In this document: positions 63,170 to 64,000 of the stretch, one piece after another | Layout of the letters: every line of letters starts with the position of its first letter | Position numbering within the stretch: position 1 is the first letter of the stretch | IMG/VR virus record: IMGVR_UViG_3300031998_000009 | Location: 32,001-96,000 of that record | Source: a virus | Lineage: Duplodnaviria; Caudoviricetes | DNA: 64,000 nucleotides | Direction: 5' to 3' (one strand) | Position numbers and translations under genes: made by a program | Notes under the pieces: model-generated | The model's input: the letters and a program-made list of their open reading frames with translations, nothing else | Told to the model about the DNA's origin: nothing | Databases searched by the model: none

Positions 63170-63365
63170 TTTTTATTCTCCGTTTCAGGAATAGGTTTTG
63201 GAACATAACAAAAATAAGGTACGAATTTACCATTATCGTGCTTGTCACATATAGGAAAATCGGATCCATTATGATTATAGAATTTACATTTTTTGCAACA
63301 ATAAGGAATTTCAGTCGGATCAGAATAACCATGCATAATAGGTTTTAGTGGCATTATAGTCAACC

Positions 63366-63770
63366 TCACTTTTCGTATATTCTTATGTACTGTTCATGGG
63401 TTGTAAATCCAAGAACCGGTAACCTATAATATTCCAATAACTGTATAGATTTCTTCTCCCAGCTATCCTCGTGACTAAAATATGGAAACTGGATATTTGC
63501 TAAAACAACTGTTTTTTCTACATCAAACTCACTTATTCTATCAGTTAATGGATATTCCTTATATATAGCATCTAGTTCTGATCTTACAGTATGAAACGGA
63601 TTAGAGAACATTAGTTTAACTTCTTTCTGAAATTCTATTTGAAGTCTAAATGCTATTTCGTCTAATATTTCAAATTTTGTTCCTAGATCTAAACAAGGTG
63701 GACACAATAAACAAACTTGGTTTAACCATCCATTATCTAACAAACTGTTAAAATAACTTAAATAGTCCAT
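63366..63770 (-). CDS. Hypothetical protein
   Basis: ORF downstream of P17, start MDYLSY. Confidence 0.7.
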   Translation of the reverse strand: MDYLSYFNSLLDNGWLNQVCLLCPPCLDLGTKFEILDEIAFRLQIEFQKEVKLMFSNPFHTVRSELDAIYKEYPLTDRISEFDVEKTVVLANIQFPYFSHEDSWEKKSIQLLEYYRLPVLGFTTHEQYIRIYEK

Positions 63771-63796
63771 TTTGTATACTCCTATTTTATGTTTAT

Positions 63797-63825
63797 AGTA
63801 TAACACATAATTTTCAAAAAGTCAA
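63797..63825 (-). promoter_or_regulatory. Promoter P17
   Basis: TTGACT-17-TATACT with TG extension. Confidence 0.82.
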
Positions 63826-63939
63826 TAGTTTTATAAAAAATTAAAATAATTAAATAGTTACCAATAGTTCATAAACATCCTCAATTATCATAATCCTAAA
63901 AATAAAGAATTTATAAATATATTGTAGACACATAAGAAT

Positions 63940-63993
63940 AAACAAAACAATTTCTAGCAAATTATTCTTTATTTGTTAGAAATTGTTTTGTTT
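63940..63993. terminator. Long AT-rich inverted repeat
   Basis: aaacaaaacaatttctagcaaat...atttgttagaaattgttttgttt. Confidence 0.6.
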
Positions 63994-64000
63994 TTATATT

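Noticed and set aside
3827-63825. Repeated intergenic modules as a CRISPR array or integron attC sites
   Set aside because: They are dispersed, match sigma-A promoter geometry, lack consistent attC core boxes, and no cas or integrase gene is present.
1-64000. Stop-codon recoding as in some large gut phages
   Set aside because: Known enzymes are full length in the standard code, and TAA, TGA and TAG all end genes at sensible positions.

Overview
AT-rich, densely coding segment of a large (jumbo-type) lytic phage genome. The host is most likely an anaerobic Firmicute/Clostridia, inferred from Firmicute-type RBSs, extended -10 sigma-A promoters, class III RNR and Clostridial-type IS607/TnpB. 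Almost all real genes are on the minus strand and the standard genetic code fits. Recognisable functions are NrdD with a glutaredoxin-like tail, a DNA methyltransferase, a kinase-phosphatase-RNA ligase repair enzyme, ThyX, dCTP deaminase, a cytidine-deaminase-like protein, RNase HI, a radical SAM enzyme next to 'FETNSSS' proteins, LRR/adhesin-like virion proteins and two IS607-TnpB elements. The window is cut into cassettes by 17 copies of one promoter (TTGAC[AT]-N17-TATACT with extended TG), usually paired with a stem-loop. Most interesting points: (1) about 16 otherwise mostly unrelated proteins share a short N-terminal leader ending in [LIV]-x-E, resembling a capsid-targeting/prohead-protease signal, and one paralog pair shows the leader grafted onto a copy of an early gene; (2) a duplicated two-gene cassette may be a virion effector plus partner; (3) a TnpB with intact catalytic motifs has lost its transposon left end and now sits in a phage operon; (4) tandem NrdR-like boxes lie upstream of an MTase-nrdD operon. 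No tRNA, rRNA, CRISPR array or reverse transcriptase was seen. All family assignments come from motif recognition by eye, not database searches.
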